From assembly GCF_051252225.1 (NCBI RefSeq), contig NZ_JBPOGE010000009.1, forward strand, positions 33,709-97,708: DNA of 64,000 nt, given 5' to 3'. The translations under genes and the position numbers were made by a program. Within the stretch, counting starts at the first letter, position 1. Each line of letters begins with the position of its first letter. Under the pieces are notes generated by a model that saw nothing but the letters and a program-made list of their open reading frames with translations, searched no databases and was not told where the DNA came from. The DNA comes from Rubritalea sp. Its GTDB lineage: Bacteria; Verrucomicrobiota; Verrucomicrobiia; Verrucomicrobiales; Akkermansiaceae. Positions 28,752-38,542 of this stretch are shown here, one piece after another.

Positions 28752-29177
28752 TTACTCTGTAGCTTGCTTGATGGACTTCAAGTATTTCGAGTGCTCATCT
28801 TCAAAGAGTTCTTTCCCCTCAAGTGCGTAGGCCTTGGATAAGAGTTCAAGTGCAAGCTCATTTTGCTCGAGCTCGAGTGCACATTGGCCACGGCGAAGGC
28901 AGAGATACGCATTTTCAAATGAAGTCTCATCACGCTCGAAGACTTCATCGAGATGCACCATTGCCTCGGCAAACTCGTCTTGTTCGAAATGGTTGTCACC
29001 GATGTTAGAAAGCAACCAGATGTAGGCTTTCCACTCTTCTTTAGGAGATGGAAGCAAGTCATGGACTTTCAGTAGGTCACGGTTAGATGCGTGGTAGCGT
29101 TCTTCTTCTTGCGCTTCGAGAGCTTTATTACAGAGCTCTACGACTTGTTCTTTTAGTTCTGGTTCTAGATCCTTCAT
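28752..29177 (-). CDS. TPR-like protein
   Basis: Helical repeats (IGDNHFEQDEF.EA; LRRGQCALELEQ...A). Confidence 0.65.
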   Translation of the reverse strand: MKDLEPELKEQVVELCNKALEAQEEERYHASNRDLLKVHDLLPSPKEEWKAYIWLLSNIGDNHFEQDEFAEAMVHLDEVFERDETSFENAYLCLRRGQCALELEQNELALELLSKAYALEGKELFEDEHSKYLKSIKQATE

Positions 29178-29186
29178 AATAAAAAT

Positions 29187-30146
29187 TTAGTGTGCTCCGA
29201 GGTTCGCGCCAACTGCTATTTGGCCACCTACAAGAAAATCTTTTGCGGGCATGCGGCGCTTCCCATCGGGCTGCAATTCTGTAATGTGCAATCCACCTTT
29301 CAAGCATGCAACTGTTAAGCCGTTTTCGGTACTCACGACTGTGCCGGCTTCAGCGGAAACATCCTGCAGCACTTCGCATTGTGGGAAGACTTTGAGCCTT
29401 TTCTGATTGCCCTTAGTATCTGTAAAGGTGGTAAACGTCCCCGGCCAAGGATCGTAGGCGCGAATTCTGCGCTCGATGATTTCAGCTGGCTGGTTCCAGT
29501 CGATTTCTCCATCATTACGCATCAGCTTCGGAGCGTAGTTTGAGAGAGCGTCATCTTGAGGTGTGCGTGTCGCAGTGCCGTCGCAGAGCATTCCTAGAGC
29601 TTTGAGTAGGCATTGAGCTCCATCATCCATTAAGAGATCATGCAGTACACCCCCTGTGACGTCTGGTGTCAGCTTGAATGGCTTGCTCAGGATCACATCC
29701 CCTTCATCCAGTCCTTCTGTGACGTGCATCACAGTCATTCCGGAATCTGCGTCGCCTTGGTCAATCGCTGCTTGGATACATGAAGCGCCACGGTGCTTCG
29801 GGAGCAGGCTGGCATGTAGATTGATGATGGCAACCTTAGGAATTTCTAGCAACGCCTTTGGCAGGATCTGCCCATAAGCCATTACTACGATGATGTCTGG
29901 ATTTAGGTCTCGGAGGATTTGTAGCTCTTCTTCAGCTTTAACTCTGATCGGCTGAAGCACCGGAATGTTCGCTTGCTCAGCGACTGTCTTGATACGCGGA
30001 GGAGTGAGCACCTGTTTACGCCCTACTGGCTTGTCAGGCTGGGTGATCAGCGCGACGGTTTCGTAAGTAGAGTCGGCGATAAGTGCTTCGAATGCTGGGA
30101 TGGCAATATCCCCTGTTGCCATATAGACAATGCGTTTACTGGACAT
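29187..30146 (-). CDS. fmt: Methionyl-tRNA formyltransferase
   Basis: TQPDKPVGR, VVMAYGQILP, NLHASLLPK.RGA, YAPKL, R.IRA..PWPG. Confidence 0.96.
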   Translation of the reverse strand: MSSKRIVYMATGDIAIPAFEALIADSTYETVALITQPDKPVGRKQVLTPPRIKTVAEQANIPVLQPIRVKAEEELQILRDLNPDIIVVMAYGQILPKALLEIPKVAIINLHASLLPKHRGASCIQAAIDQGDADSGMTVMHVTEGLDEGDVILSKPFKLTPDVTGGVLHDLLMDDGAQCLLKALGMLCDGTATRTPQDDALSNYAPKLMRNDGEIDWNQPAEIIERRIRAYDPWPGTFTTFTDTKGNQKRLKVFPQCEVLQDVSAEAGTVVSTENGLTVACLKGGLHITELQPDGKRRMPAKDFLVGGQIAVGANLGAH

Positions 30147-30293
30147 AAATAAAGTGATGAATGACTCGTTCTACCACGGATTTCACGAATAGCACGAATG
30201 ATTAGAGAGCGAGCGCTAAAAGATAGCGAGTGCTCTAAATAGAGGACGCAAATGCGCCATGGAAGATGGGATGAACGAGAGTGTCGTAGCAAT

Positions 30294-30325
30294 AAAAAAG
30301 AGCTGCCGTGGCAGCCCTTTTTTTT
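30294..30325. terminator. Intrinsic terminator downstream of adk
   Basis: AAAAAAGaGCTGCC-GT-GGCAGCcCTTTTTTTT. Confidence 0.8.
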
Positions 30326-30344
30326 AAGAAATTTAAAGGTCAGC

Positions 30345-30977
30345 TTAGATAGAAACCTTATTCATTTCCTCGTAGAAAGGAAGTGAGACGATCTTACTGA
30401 TGATGTCATGCATGACCTTGATCGGCTGCTGAGTGGCATCGATGTCAGTGCGGATAGCATCTGGATAGAACTCGAGAATTGGCTTAGTTTCCGCTTCATA
30501 GGTGCGGATACGGTCTTCGATTACTGTCTCAGAAGCGTCGTCGATACGGTTCTCACGAAGAGCGCGCTTCTGCATGCGGCGAGCGAGCTCGCTGCGGTCT
30601 GGGCATGAGAGATGGAAAATGTGATGCACCTCGATGTAGTCACTAAGGATTTCAGCCTGCTTTACATTGCGTGGAATGCCATCGAGAATGAGGATATCTG
30701 TCTCAGGGAAGTAGACATTGCCTTCCTTCCAGTTCTCGATTTGAGCTTCCCAGAGCTGGATCGTAAGCTCGTCCGGAACGAGTTGTCCCTTGCTAGAGTA
30801 TTCTACAAATTTTTTCCCGAGCTCAGTGCGCGTGTCGAGTGAACGAAAGACGTCGCCACAGGCGCAGTGGAAGAAACGAGGAACCATGCCCAGCGCTTTA
30901 CCTTGGGTACCTTTTCCTGATCCTGGTGCACCAAGGATGAGGATTGCCGGGCGTTTACTATTGCTCTCATTTGCCAT
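30345..30977 (-). CDS. adk: Adenylate kinase (short-LID type)
   Basis: LGAPGSGKGTQ, GQLVPDE, LDGIPRN..QA, R.DD. Confidence 0.93.
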   Translation of the reverse strand: MANESNSKRPAILILGAPGSGKGTQGKALGMVPRFFHCACGDVFRSLDTRTELGKKFVEYSSKGQLVPDELTIQLWEAQIENWKEGNVYFPETDILILDGIPRNVKQAEILSDYIEVHHIFHLSCPDRSELARRMQKRALRENRIDDASETVIEDRIRTYEAETKPILEFYPDAIRTDIDATQQPIKVMHDIISKIVSLPFYEEMNKVSI

Positions 30978-31123
30978 AGGAGCGGGATGCTAGGGATTGT
31001 CCCTTCTAGAGCAAGCCGAATTCTTGTTAATTGTGACACCCTTGACAGAATCTAGCAGTAAGTCTGGTTAACACTTAAAATTACTCTTGCCCTTCAATGG
31101 CGAAACTCCAATTTTACAGCTGA

Positions 31124-31870
31124 ATGGATTCACACTTTTCACTCTCGCAATTCCGCAGCTTACAAAAAAATTGGGAGCTCCATTATTTCATTGAAACAGA
31201 TTCGACCAATGAGCAGGCGAAGAAGCTCGTTCTCTCTAACCCACCTACGGAGCCATGTGTGTTTTTAGCAGAACAACAGCTTAATGGACGTGGCAGACGT
31301 GAAAACACCTGGACCAGTGCCTACGGCCAAGACTTGCTATTCACCGCCGTGATAGAGACTGGTTTAGCGCTTTCTGATGCGCATAAAGTAGCCACTAGTT
31401 CAGCCCTAGCAGTCGCGCATGCACTCGCGACTTATGGACTACAGCCACAAGTGAAATTCCCTAACGACATCTACCTCAGTAACTCCAAGGTGGCGGGTAT
31501 CCTTATCGAGCAACTCCAGTCGTACACGCTTATTGGAATAGGGATCAATGTGAATTCTATACCGAGCATAGATACCGCCACTTCCCTCTTTACGCAGCTT
31601 GAAAAAACCATTTCTCGAGAAGAATTACTCGCTGCTATTTTGAATCAGCTGATTCAGAAAATCAGTCTCTGCCAAGATCACTATCAACGCATCAGAGCAG
31701 AGATCGAGCCTCTCGATCTATTTTACGATCAGCGGGTTCAATACATAAAAGACTCACAATCCTTTCAGGGAATAGGCAGAGGTCTGAGCAAAAATGGCTA
31801 CCTACTTATCGATCACGGGAGTGGTCCGGAAGAGGTACATACAGGCCATAGCTTTAGATTGATCCCCTAG
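31124..31870 (+). CDS. birA: Biotin-[acetyl-CoA carboxylase] ligase without HTH
   Basis: TDSTN, QLNGRGRR, VKFPNDI, KVAGILIE, GIGINV. Confidence 0.92.
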   Translation: MDSHFSLSQFRSLQKNWELHYFIETDSTNEQAKKLVLSNPPTEPCVFLAEQQLNGRGRRENTWTSAYGQDLLFTAVIETGLALSDAHKVATSSALAVAHALATYGLQPQVKFPNDIYLSNSKVAGILIEQLQSYTLIGIGINVNSIPSIDTATSLFTQLEKTISREELLAAILNQLIQKISLCQDHYQRIRAEIEPLDLFYDQRVQYIKDSQSFQGIGRGLSKNGYLLIDHGSGPEEVHTGHSFRLIP

Positions 31871-32001
31871 GCCGTTGAGCATATTAAAAGGGATATGCTA
31901 GAGTAGCGTACCACTTGTCCATAGTGCCTAGATCCAGAAATAAGAGTTTGCTCTGAGAGCTCCAGATTTATCAGGAGGAGAGCTCTCTGCAACCGGTAAA
32001 C

Positions 32002-32745
32002 TTACTTCGCTGCGTCTTCTTGCTTCAGCGCCTTAGTGATTTCTGCCGCAACCTGAGCCGCCATTTTTTCAGATCCAGCTTTGGCAAAATGGACGTCCCC
32101 CGGCTTACTGAATGAGGAAGCATCCATACTCGCTGTGAGCGCGTATAGATCATCAATAGCAATTCCGTGATTATCCATTACTTGCTTAGCAGCAGCATTA
32201 TACCTCAAGTCGTCTCCCACGAATCTTCCTGCTTCATCTTCAGGGACTTTCGTGGTGCTAGCCCAGATCAGAGTCGCTCCAGTTTTCTCTAAGCGCTCAA
32301 CTAACTGCTCTAAGTTCTGTTGATACTTTTCTATCGGAACTGACACAGAGCCATTGACTTTGTCACGCTTACCATAGGTCTTCGCCTCAGGGTGTCTGAA
32401 GCATAAGTCGTGGAGTCCCCAGTTGAAGTGGATCACGTCCCACTTCTTATCACCAAGCCATTTATTGAGATCCTTCAAACCCCTCTCCGTGTCTCCGCAG
32501 TTCACTCTAGCCTTGTTAGTCGGACGGCTGACATTCGCCACACCATCGAGTAATTCAATCACTGCTGGCGTATAGCCGATTGAGATAGAATCACCGAGTA
32601 AAAGAACATTCGGTAGGTTTACATCCTCCTTTTTATTTTCCTGAATAGAATCAAGGTCTTCTTTAGGCGTGTAAAACTCGCTACTCGCGATGAGTGAGGA
32701 TAATAAAAAGAGTGGGATTGTAAGGAACTTTCGGAAAGTTTTCAT
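32002..32745 (-). CDS. Exported SGNH/GDSL hydrolase
   Basis: Signal peptide, GDSIS, NWGLHD, GDVHF blocks. Confidence 0.88.
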   Translation of the reverse strand: MKTFRKFLTIPLFLLSSLIASSEFYTPKEDLDSIQENKKEDVNLPNVLLLGDSISIGYTPAVIELLDGVANVSRPTNKARVNCGDTERGLKDLNKWLGDKKWDVIHFNWGLHDLCFRHPEAKTYGKRDKVNGSVSVPIEKYQQNLEQLVERLEKTGATLIWASTTKVPEDEAGRFVGDDLRYNAAAKQVMDNHGIAIDDLYALTASMDASSFSKPGDVHFAKAGSEKMAAQVAAEITKALKQEDAAK

Positions 32746-32904
32746 AGGTTTAGAGTGGTTAGTTTACCCTGCAGTATTGCCTAGTAGTCACAGGATTGTA
32801 CTATTTAGATTTCTGAATCAGATAAATACAGGAAATTATTGAGCCATGTGGATCGAAGTTACTTACCAGTTTATTCCCTGTTTCGCGATCGGTGAATAAA
32901 TTGA

Positions 32905-33276
32905 CTAGTGATGCCCAGGCTTTCGCTTGTGAATCCCAACAGAATTTCCGTCTGGATCCTTCACGAAGGCCATGTTGCAGACAGCTGTCTCGATAGGTCC
33001 GAAACTGAATTCCACGTTTGCTTGCTTTAATTCTGCAAGCGCAGCGTCAAAATCGTCCACTTCGAGAGATACGCTACAGCCTTCTGAGCTGGGGTTCAAC
33101 CCTGGAGCTGCTCCGATCGCTAAGGTGCCGGCACCAATATCGTACTCGACCCAATGACCATTTTCTAACTTTTCATCCATCGTGGCCTTGAGCCCGAGAA
33201 CGCCTTCATAGAAGGTGCGAGCGCGTGCCATATCAGTTACCGGATAACAGGAGAATGCGATTTCTTGTATTTTCAT
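32905..33276 (-). CDS. VOC (glyoxalase/bleomycin-resistance) family protein
   Basis: A..FYEGVLGL and F.KDPDGN motifs. Confidence 0.88.
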   Translation of the reverse strand: MKIQEIAFSCYPVTDMARARTFYEGVLGLKATMDEKLENGHWVEYDIGAGTLAIGAAPGLNPSSEGCSVSLEVDDFDAALAELKQANVEFSFGPIETAVCNMAFVKDPDGNSVGIHKRKPGHH

Positions 33277-33554
33277 AGGATTTTTAGAGTCATGTATTTT
33301 GCTCTTAATCAGAATCTAATGTGAAGCTTCATTTGGCTACCTTTTATTAAAAAGTCTCAATTATGAGCCGCTTGCTGAAACGGAGTTGCCGCACACTCAG
33401 ATTTCCCGGTGACTCAAAGGACAGTGTTTTCGGTGACTCGGGTTGTAGCATGAGTACAGATTTTCTTACTCACGTATTTGATCGGCGAGCTATAAAGTGT
33501 TATCTAATCAGTCTTATGATCTGCAGCTTTCGTGTTTGTCTCGGATAAAATGAT

Positions 33555-34001
33555 CTACTTCATCGTCATTAAATCTTCAGGGATCTGGATATTGGTATTA
33601 CCTAAGATTTCTAGAAGTGGGAATTTATCTAGATAAATTTTTTCAGCACTGACAGCATTGGGTTCCATGTAGGTGCTCGGTCCGAGGAGGGCTACAGATT
33701 TACCCACTTCTTTCGAGGCGATCATCAGCCCATAGGCATTATAAATTTCAATCGTGTACGAGGGCTTCTTCTTTTTTTCTGTTTTATTTCGGTACGCGAC
33801 ACTGACGTCTTCTTTACCTATTGCGAATAGAGTAATGAGCTCGTCGTTAACAAAAGCTTCCCCCTCTTTGATTTCATAAAGATATTCGCCATCACGGATT
33901 TCAGGTTTTTGTTTAGATAGATCGATTTCATCATTTGCCTGTAATCCAGCAAACGGTGCTAGCGCTAGCAGTAAGACGATTTTAAAAAGTGGTGATTTCA
34001 T
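33555..34001 (-). CDS. Hypothetical exported protein
   Basis: Signal peptide (MKSPLFKIVLLLALAPFAGLQA). No recognised domain. Confidence 0.55.
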   Translation of the reverse strand: MKSPLFKIVLLLALAPFAGLQANDEIDLSKQKPEIRDGEYLYEIKEGEAFVNDELITLFAIGKEDVSVAYRNKTEKKKKPSYTIEIYNAYGLMIASKEVGKSVALLGPSTYMEPNAVSAEKIYLDKFPLLEILGNTNIQIPEDLMTMK

Positions 34002-34124
34002 GATTTTTTATTGGAGGTGAAGCACGCCAATTACTGGAAATGGAGTGTGCATTAAGTTGATTTGGGATTTCATACAATGGCTCGGCTATAGGTGGGCCAG
34101 AAATTGGGCGCGTGCCTTGTTCGG

Positions 34125-34874
34125 CTAACCCTTCTGGTTTCTTTGTCGATTACCAACAAGAACTAGAGCACCCACACCCAGTAAAATTGTAGATGATGGC
34201 TCAGGAATTGTAGTGTAGTCGATTATTAGGCTCGGTGCAGACGCTCCAGTCGCGGCAAAACGTTTAGCGGTAGTATCTGACAACTCATTACCAATAATAG
34301 TCCAACCATAATTATCGGCGGTGCCGTCTACCCAAGCTTGGACATCGGTCACCAAGCCAGAAGAACTCCACTGATAATCCCCATTAGATCCAACAGCCGT
34401 CTGTGCACTTGTGCTTGAAACGAAGTCGCCACCTGCAGTTGACCAGAGTACACCACCACCTACTCCATCAGACTCTCGATAGAGCCAAGTCGGGTCTCCA
34501 ACTGTGGCTGCTGTTCCAGCTCCTTCGCCTCCAGGCGCATCGGAGGTGCCTTGGTCCCAAAGACTAGTAGTTCGATATATAGAAACAGTTTCACTTCCAG
34601 CTATCGATTGATTCATAGAAATCTCTAATGTCACAGAGTTTATTTGAACATTGTTTAGAGCTGAAAAATCAAATTCGATGAGCGCTCTCCTGCTGTCACC
34701 CAGAGCCGTATTTCCTGCAAAAAAATAGTCCCCAAGTGAATTGGAGAGTTCTCCTTCGCTGTAGATAGTCGTGGTTAGGGTTGCAGACAATACGGCAGTC
34801 GCTGAGTGAACTGACTGCATTCCTAGGAATACCACAGGGAATAAAGATAGTAGTTTTCTAGGTGTTTTTTTCAT
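34125..34874 (-). CDS. PEP-CTERM surface protein with DNRLRE-like domain
   Basis: Signal peptide, RRALIEFD (DNRLRE-like), C-terminal TIPEPSS + TM + basic tail. Confidence 0.85.
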   Translation of the reverse strand: MKKTPRKLLSLFPVVFLGMQSVHSATAVLSATLTTTIYSEGELSNSLGDYFFAGNTALGDSRRALIEFDFSALNNVQINSVTLEISMNQSIAGSETVSIYRTTSLWDQGTSDAPGGEGAGTAATVGDPTWLYRESDGVGGGVLWSTAGGDFVSSTSAQTAVGSNGDYQWSSSGLVTDVQAWVDGTADNYGWTIIGNELSDTTAKRFAATGASAPSLIIDYTTIPEPSSTILLGVGALVLVGNRQRNQKG

Positions 34875-35075
34875 GTAGTCAATGGGAGTTCTTATTTACG
34901 TAAAGCACACCAACTACTGAAATTCTCAGCCTGCTTTGTATCTGGGTAGATGTATTACTCGACTTTCAGCGGGTCGTGTCTTGTTCTTCCATACTGTGAT
35001 TGAGGGGGGCGATCCAAATAATTACTTGAAGTTAGAGAATCGGTTAATAACTGCAATGAGGTTTCTCTGAAGATC

Positions 35076-36275
35076 TTAACTTTTTGTCACACGCACCCTT
35101 TTCCCTGTAGCGTCGACAATATTATTAGTCATAAATATATAGTAATTGAGTCCATTATGACTGTGAGAATAGCGAGCGGTCGTATTTCCATCTCTACATG
35201 TGGTGATCCATTTATAATCGTAATAGTGGAATTTATTCAAAAGACCTTCCCGTTGGCCAATGAATGTTTCACGGTTCAGAGTGATATCAAATCCTGTAAG
35301 CTCTCCATAGATATGGAGTCGACATCCAGTCCACTGCTTCTTCTTGGAAAGTAAGCCAGATTCAAATTCATTGATGAGTTCAAGTGTTGCTAGTTCTTTG
35401 TCTCTCATGACAATGCTTGGAGCTGTCGTAATTTGAGTGTCTTTGGTCTGTGATAGACCACGCATAATCATCTGTACTGCACCATCTTCAAGGTAGAGTA
35501 CATTATCACCAGTTAAAGCCCTTGATAGAGGGTCATTTTTCTCAGGTAAAGCAACAGACTTAGAGGCTACGCGAATTTGACTAGGTTTTATCCCACGGAG
35601 GATTTGAGAGATGTTTTTAAGTTTTTTCACGGCTAGTGGACTTCCACTGATAGTCATCGTGCATTTCTTTCGGGAATAGCTGATCTCAGTCTTATTATTT
35701 TCATCTAGAATAGACGCTAGTTTTTCGAGCGCCTTCTCCTCAGAAGCATTAGTTCTATCCTTGGTTGAAGGAGTGAGGTTTAGAAGCTGATACCAGTCTG
35801 GTGGAAGAGGGATTTCTGACTGCGTTATGGACGGGTCGATGGTGGTTGGTGAGACGGCTACAGTCTGAGTATCTGGAGAATAGCGAAGCTCAGATCCAAA
35901 ATACGCGGCGATGAGCTTGGTGGTCTCTTGATATGTTCCACTTAGGGTGATGTTTAGCGTTCTTTTTTCTGTAGGCGCACCCGTGTATTTAATCTGAAGT
36001 GGTTTTTGTAGAGTGATTTCACAAGTCTCTTTATAGGCCACGTCAATAGCTTTGAACGCCTCATCAAGTGTGACCTGCTTTAAACGTATATCAGGTAAGT
36101 AGAATCTATCTAATTCTTGAAAACTATGTGCCCCCTTCTTTTTCTCAAGGGACTTATTCAAATGCGATAGCAAGGGATGGGAAACAACTTTAGGTGAAGC
36201 TGCATGTACATCAGAGAGAGAGAGGCTCATAGATAGAGCCCCGAACACGACACAGTGTAGGGGTTTTGGGATCAT
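35076..36275 (-). CDS. Exported protein with partial secretin (GspD)-like segments
   Basis: VTLDEAF N-domain-like motif; MRGLSQ...TAPSIVMRDKELATLELINEF resembles the start of a secretin domain. The full barrel is absent. Confidence 0.45.
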   Translation of the reverse strand: MIPKPLHCVVFGALSMSLSLSDVHAASPKVVSHPLLSHLNKSLEKKKGAHSFQELDRFYLPDIRLKQVTLDEAFKAIDVAYKETCEITLQKPLQIKYTGAPTEKRTLNITLSGTYQETTKLIAAYFGSELRYSPDTQTVAVSPTTIDPSITQSEIPLPPDWYQLLNLTPSTKDRTNASEEKALEKLASILDENNKTEISYSRKKCTMTISGSPLAVKKLKNISQILRGIKPSQIRVASKSVALPEKNDPLSRALTGDNVLYLEDGAVQMIMRGLSQTKDTQITTAPSIVMRDKELATLELINEFESGLLSKKKQWTGCRLHIYGELTGFDITLNRETFIGQREGLLNKFHYYDYKWITTCRDGNTTARYSHSHNGLNYYIFMTNNIVDATGKRVRVTKS

Positions 36276-36321
36276 GGTCTTTTATTTAAAGCACAATCCC
36301 ATTTCGGCTGTAAGCCTTAAT

Positions 36322-38541
36322 TTACAGAACAATGTTCACTGCGCAGAACTTATAGCTCGGCTGGCGTGAGTACGGGTCAAAGGACGCCTGAGTGAGCTTG
36401 TTCATCTTAGCGTAGTGCATCGGCATGAAAAGTTGGCCAGGGTAGACGCTTGGAGTAACGCTGGCTGTGACTTCGACTTCGGCTCTGCGGGATTTGATGA
36501 TAATCTTGCTGTTAGGCTCGATGTTGAGTCGCTTGGCGTCGTCTGGATGGATTTCCACGTAGATCTCGCCCGGGTGTAGCATACGCAGCACTTCTGACTT
36601 CTTGGTACGGGTCTCAGTGTGCCACTGGGCTGAGCTGCCGCGCCCAGTTAGGAGCACCCAGGGGTACTCACTATCAGTGGGTTCAGCGACTGGTTTTGGC
36701 TCTTCGAAGATGAACTTTGCCTTTTGGTCTGGGTGGTAGAATTTGCCATCTGCGAATAGACGACGCTGGTTATCCTCAGCGAGACCTGACACTTGGTCGG
36801 GTTTACATGGCCACTGGATTCCGCCGTGGTCATCGACCATACGGTAGCCAGTGACTCCAGAGATATCACATGGTTGCCCTTCAGTGAGCTCGGTGAGCAT
36901 CTTAAAGGCGGCCTCGGGAGATGACCATTTTTTGAAGCGCTCCCCTACTCCCCAATAATGAGAGACGAGTTTGAAAATATTGAAGTCTGATAGTGCTTCG
37001 CCTGGTGCTTCCGCCACTTTTTTTACCAGACCGATACGACGCTCAGAGTTAATGAATACCCCGTCTTTCTCTGCCCAGCCTGCAGCGGGTAAGATGAGAT
37101 CCGCTTGCTGAGCAGTTTCGGTACTGTCGTACATGTCTTGGACGACTAGATAATCGAGCTTCTCCATCGCCTCGCGGTAGCGGTCTTGATGGATCCAAGA
37201 GTGTGAGCCATTCGTAGCAAGCACCCAGAGTCCCTTGATTTTCCCTTCGTGAATGCCTTCGACAATCTGATCGTACGCCATACCGAGCTCAGTAGGGATG
37301 TGTTCTTCTTCGACACCAATAATCTTAGAAACTTTGGCGCGATGCTCAGGGTTGGCGAAATCATGACCACCAAGTAAATTCGTGGTGTTAGAGAATAAGC
37401 GTGAGCCCATCGCATTACACTGACCGGTAATAGAGTTAGCCCCTGTTCCTGGTCTGCCGATATTTCCTGTCATCAGCGCGAGGTTGATAATGGCCTGGGC
37501 GGTACGGACACCTTCATGTGATTGGTTCACGCCCATGGTCCACCAGAAGGAAACGCGCTCACCTCGGTGAATCGTTTCTGCGAGTTTGAGTAATTGCTCA
37601 GGAGTGATGCCAGATTGTTCTTGGACCTGTGTGAGGTCGAAGCCTTTCACGTGCTCTTTGAAGCTCTCGAACTCATTGGTATGTTCGGCGATGAATTTTT
37701 CATCGATCCAGCCCTTCTCGATCAAGAGGTTCGCCAAGCCATAGAAAAAGTAGAGATCGGACTTCGGCAAGATCGGGTAATGCTGAGTTCCGGCAACGGC
37801 TGTTTCAGTCTTACGCGGGTCGATTACCACGATCTCTGGATTGTTCTTATTGCGCTCAATACGCTGCCACATGATCGGGTGCGCGATACATAAGTTAGAG
37901 CCGATAAGAATGATCACATCTGACTCTTCGAAATCTTGATAGGTGTAAGGTGGTGCGTCGAAGCCGAAGCTTTGCTTGTAGGAAACCACAGCGGTCGCCA
38001 TGCACTGACGGGTGTTGCCATCACAGTGGCGTATACCCATGCCAAACTTTGCTAAGGCGCCAAGAAATGCCATTTCCTCTGATACGATCTGACCAGTCGA
38101 TATGAATGCAACTGACTCATCGCCATACTCTTTCTGGATTTTTTTAAAGTTAGAGCAGAACGCGTTCATCGCCTCATCCCAACTAACAGGCTCTAACTGA
38201 CCACCGCGCTGTTTGCGGATCATTGGGTGTGTAGCACGGTCATTCGCCTCGAGTGGCGTGAGAGCTTCCCAGCCTTTTGGACATGCCATACCGAGGTTTA
38301 CTGGGTACTGAGTCGAAGGGGTGAGTGAGACTGCTTTCCCATCTTTTAGGTGCACATTGAGCCCACAGCCAGTAGAGCAGAACCCGCACACGACATTGGT
38401 CGTAGCGTCTGGGACAAGCTTATCTGGTACCTGCCCCAGCCCAAACTTACCTGGTGAGCGAAGAAGCTCAGCCGTCTTCGGCCCTTGCCATTGACGAATG
38501 GGTGGTACGATTTTTTCGAGTGATTTTGGGAGTGTGAGCAT
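36322..38541 (-). CDS. nasA: Assimilatory-type nitrate reductase catalytic subunit (Mo-bisPGD, one 4Fe-4S)
   Basis: CGFCSTGC...[12 protein letters not shown] (Cys ligand), [19 protein letters not shown]...WHT.TRT. No Tat signal. Confidence 0.88.
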   Translation of the reverse strand: MLTLPKSLEKIVPPIRQWQGPKTAELLRSPGKFGLGQVPDKLVPDATTNVVCGFCSTGCGLNVHLKDGKAVSLTPSTQYPVNLGMACPKGWEALTPLEANDRATHPMIRKQRGGQLEPVSWDEAMNAFCSNFKKIQKEYGDESVAFISTGQIVSEEMAFLGALAKFGMGIRHCDGNTRQCMATAVVSYKQSFGFDAPPYTYQDFEESDVIILIGSNLCIAHPIMWQRIERNKNNPEIVVIDPRKTETAVAGTQHYPILPKSDLYFFYGLANLLIEKGWIDEKFIAEHTNEFESFKEHVKGFDLTQVQEQSGITPEQLLKLAETIHRGERVSFWWTMGVNQSHEGVRTAQAIINLALMTGNIGRPGTGANSITGQCNAMGSRLFSNTTNLLGGHDFANPEHRAKVSKIIGVEEEHIPTELGMAYDQIVEGIHEGKIKGLWVLATNGSHSWIHQDRYREAMEKLDYLVVQDMYDSTETAQQADLILPAAGWAEKDGVFINSERRIGLVKKVAEAPGEALSDFNIFKLVSHYWGVGERFKKWSSPEAAFKMLTELTEGQPCDISGVTGYRMVDDHGGIQWPCKPDQVSGLAEDNQRRLFADGKFYHPDQKAKFIFEEPKPVAEPTDSEYPWVLLTGRGSSAQWHTETRTKKSEVLRMLHPGEIYVEIHPDDAKRLNIEPNSKIIIKSRRAEVEVTASVTPSVYPGQLFMPMHYAKMNKLTQASFDPYSRQPSYKFCAVNIVL

Positions 38542-38542
38542 A

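Noticed and set aside
33407-33441. CGGTGACTC direct repeat in the VOC/hypothetical intergenic region
   Set aside because: Only two 9-nt copies with no further structure. Insufficient to assign a function.
33504-33557. Possible premature TAG (TGG>TAG) in the 148-aa exported protein; the frame continues IILSETNTKAADHKTD
   Set aside because: A 16-codon open extension is expected by chance. It cannot be supported without homolog alignment.
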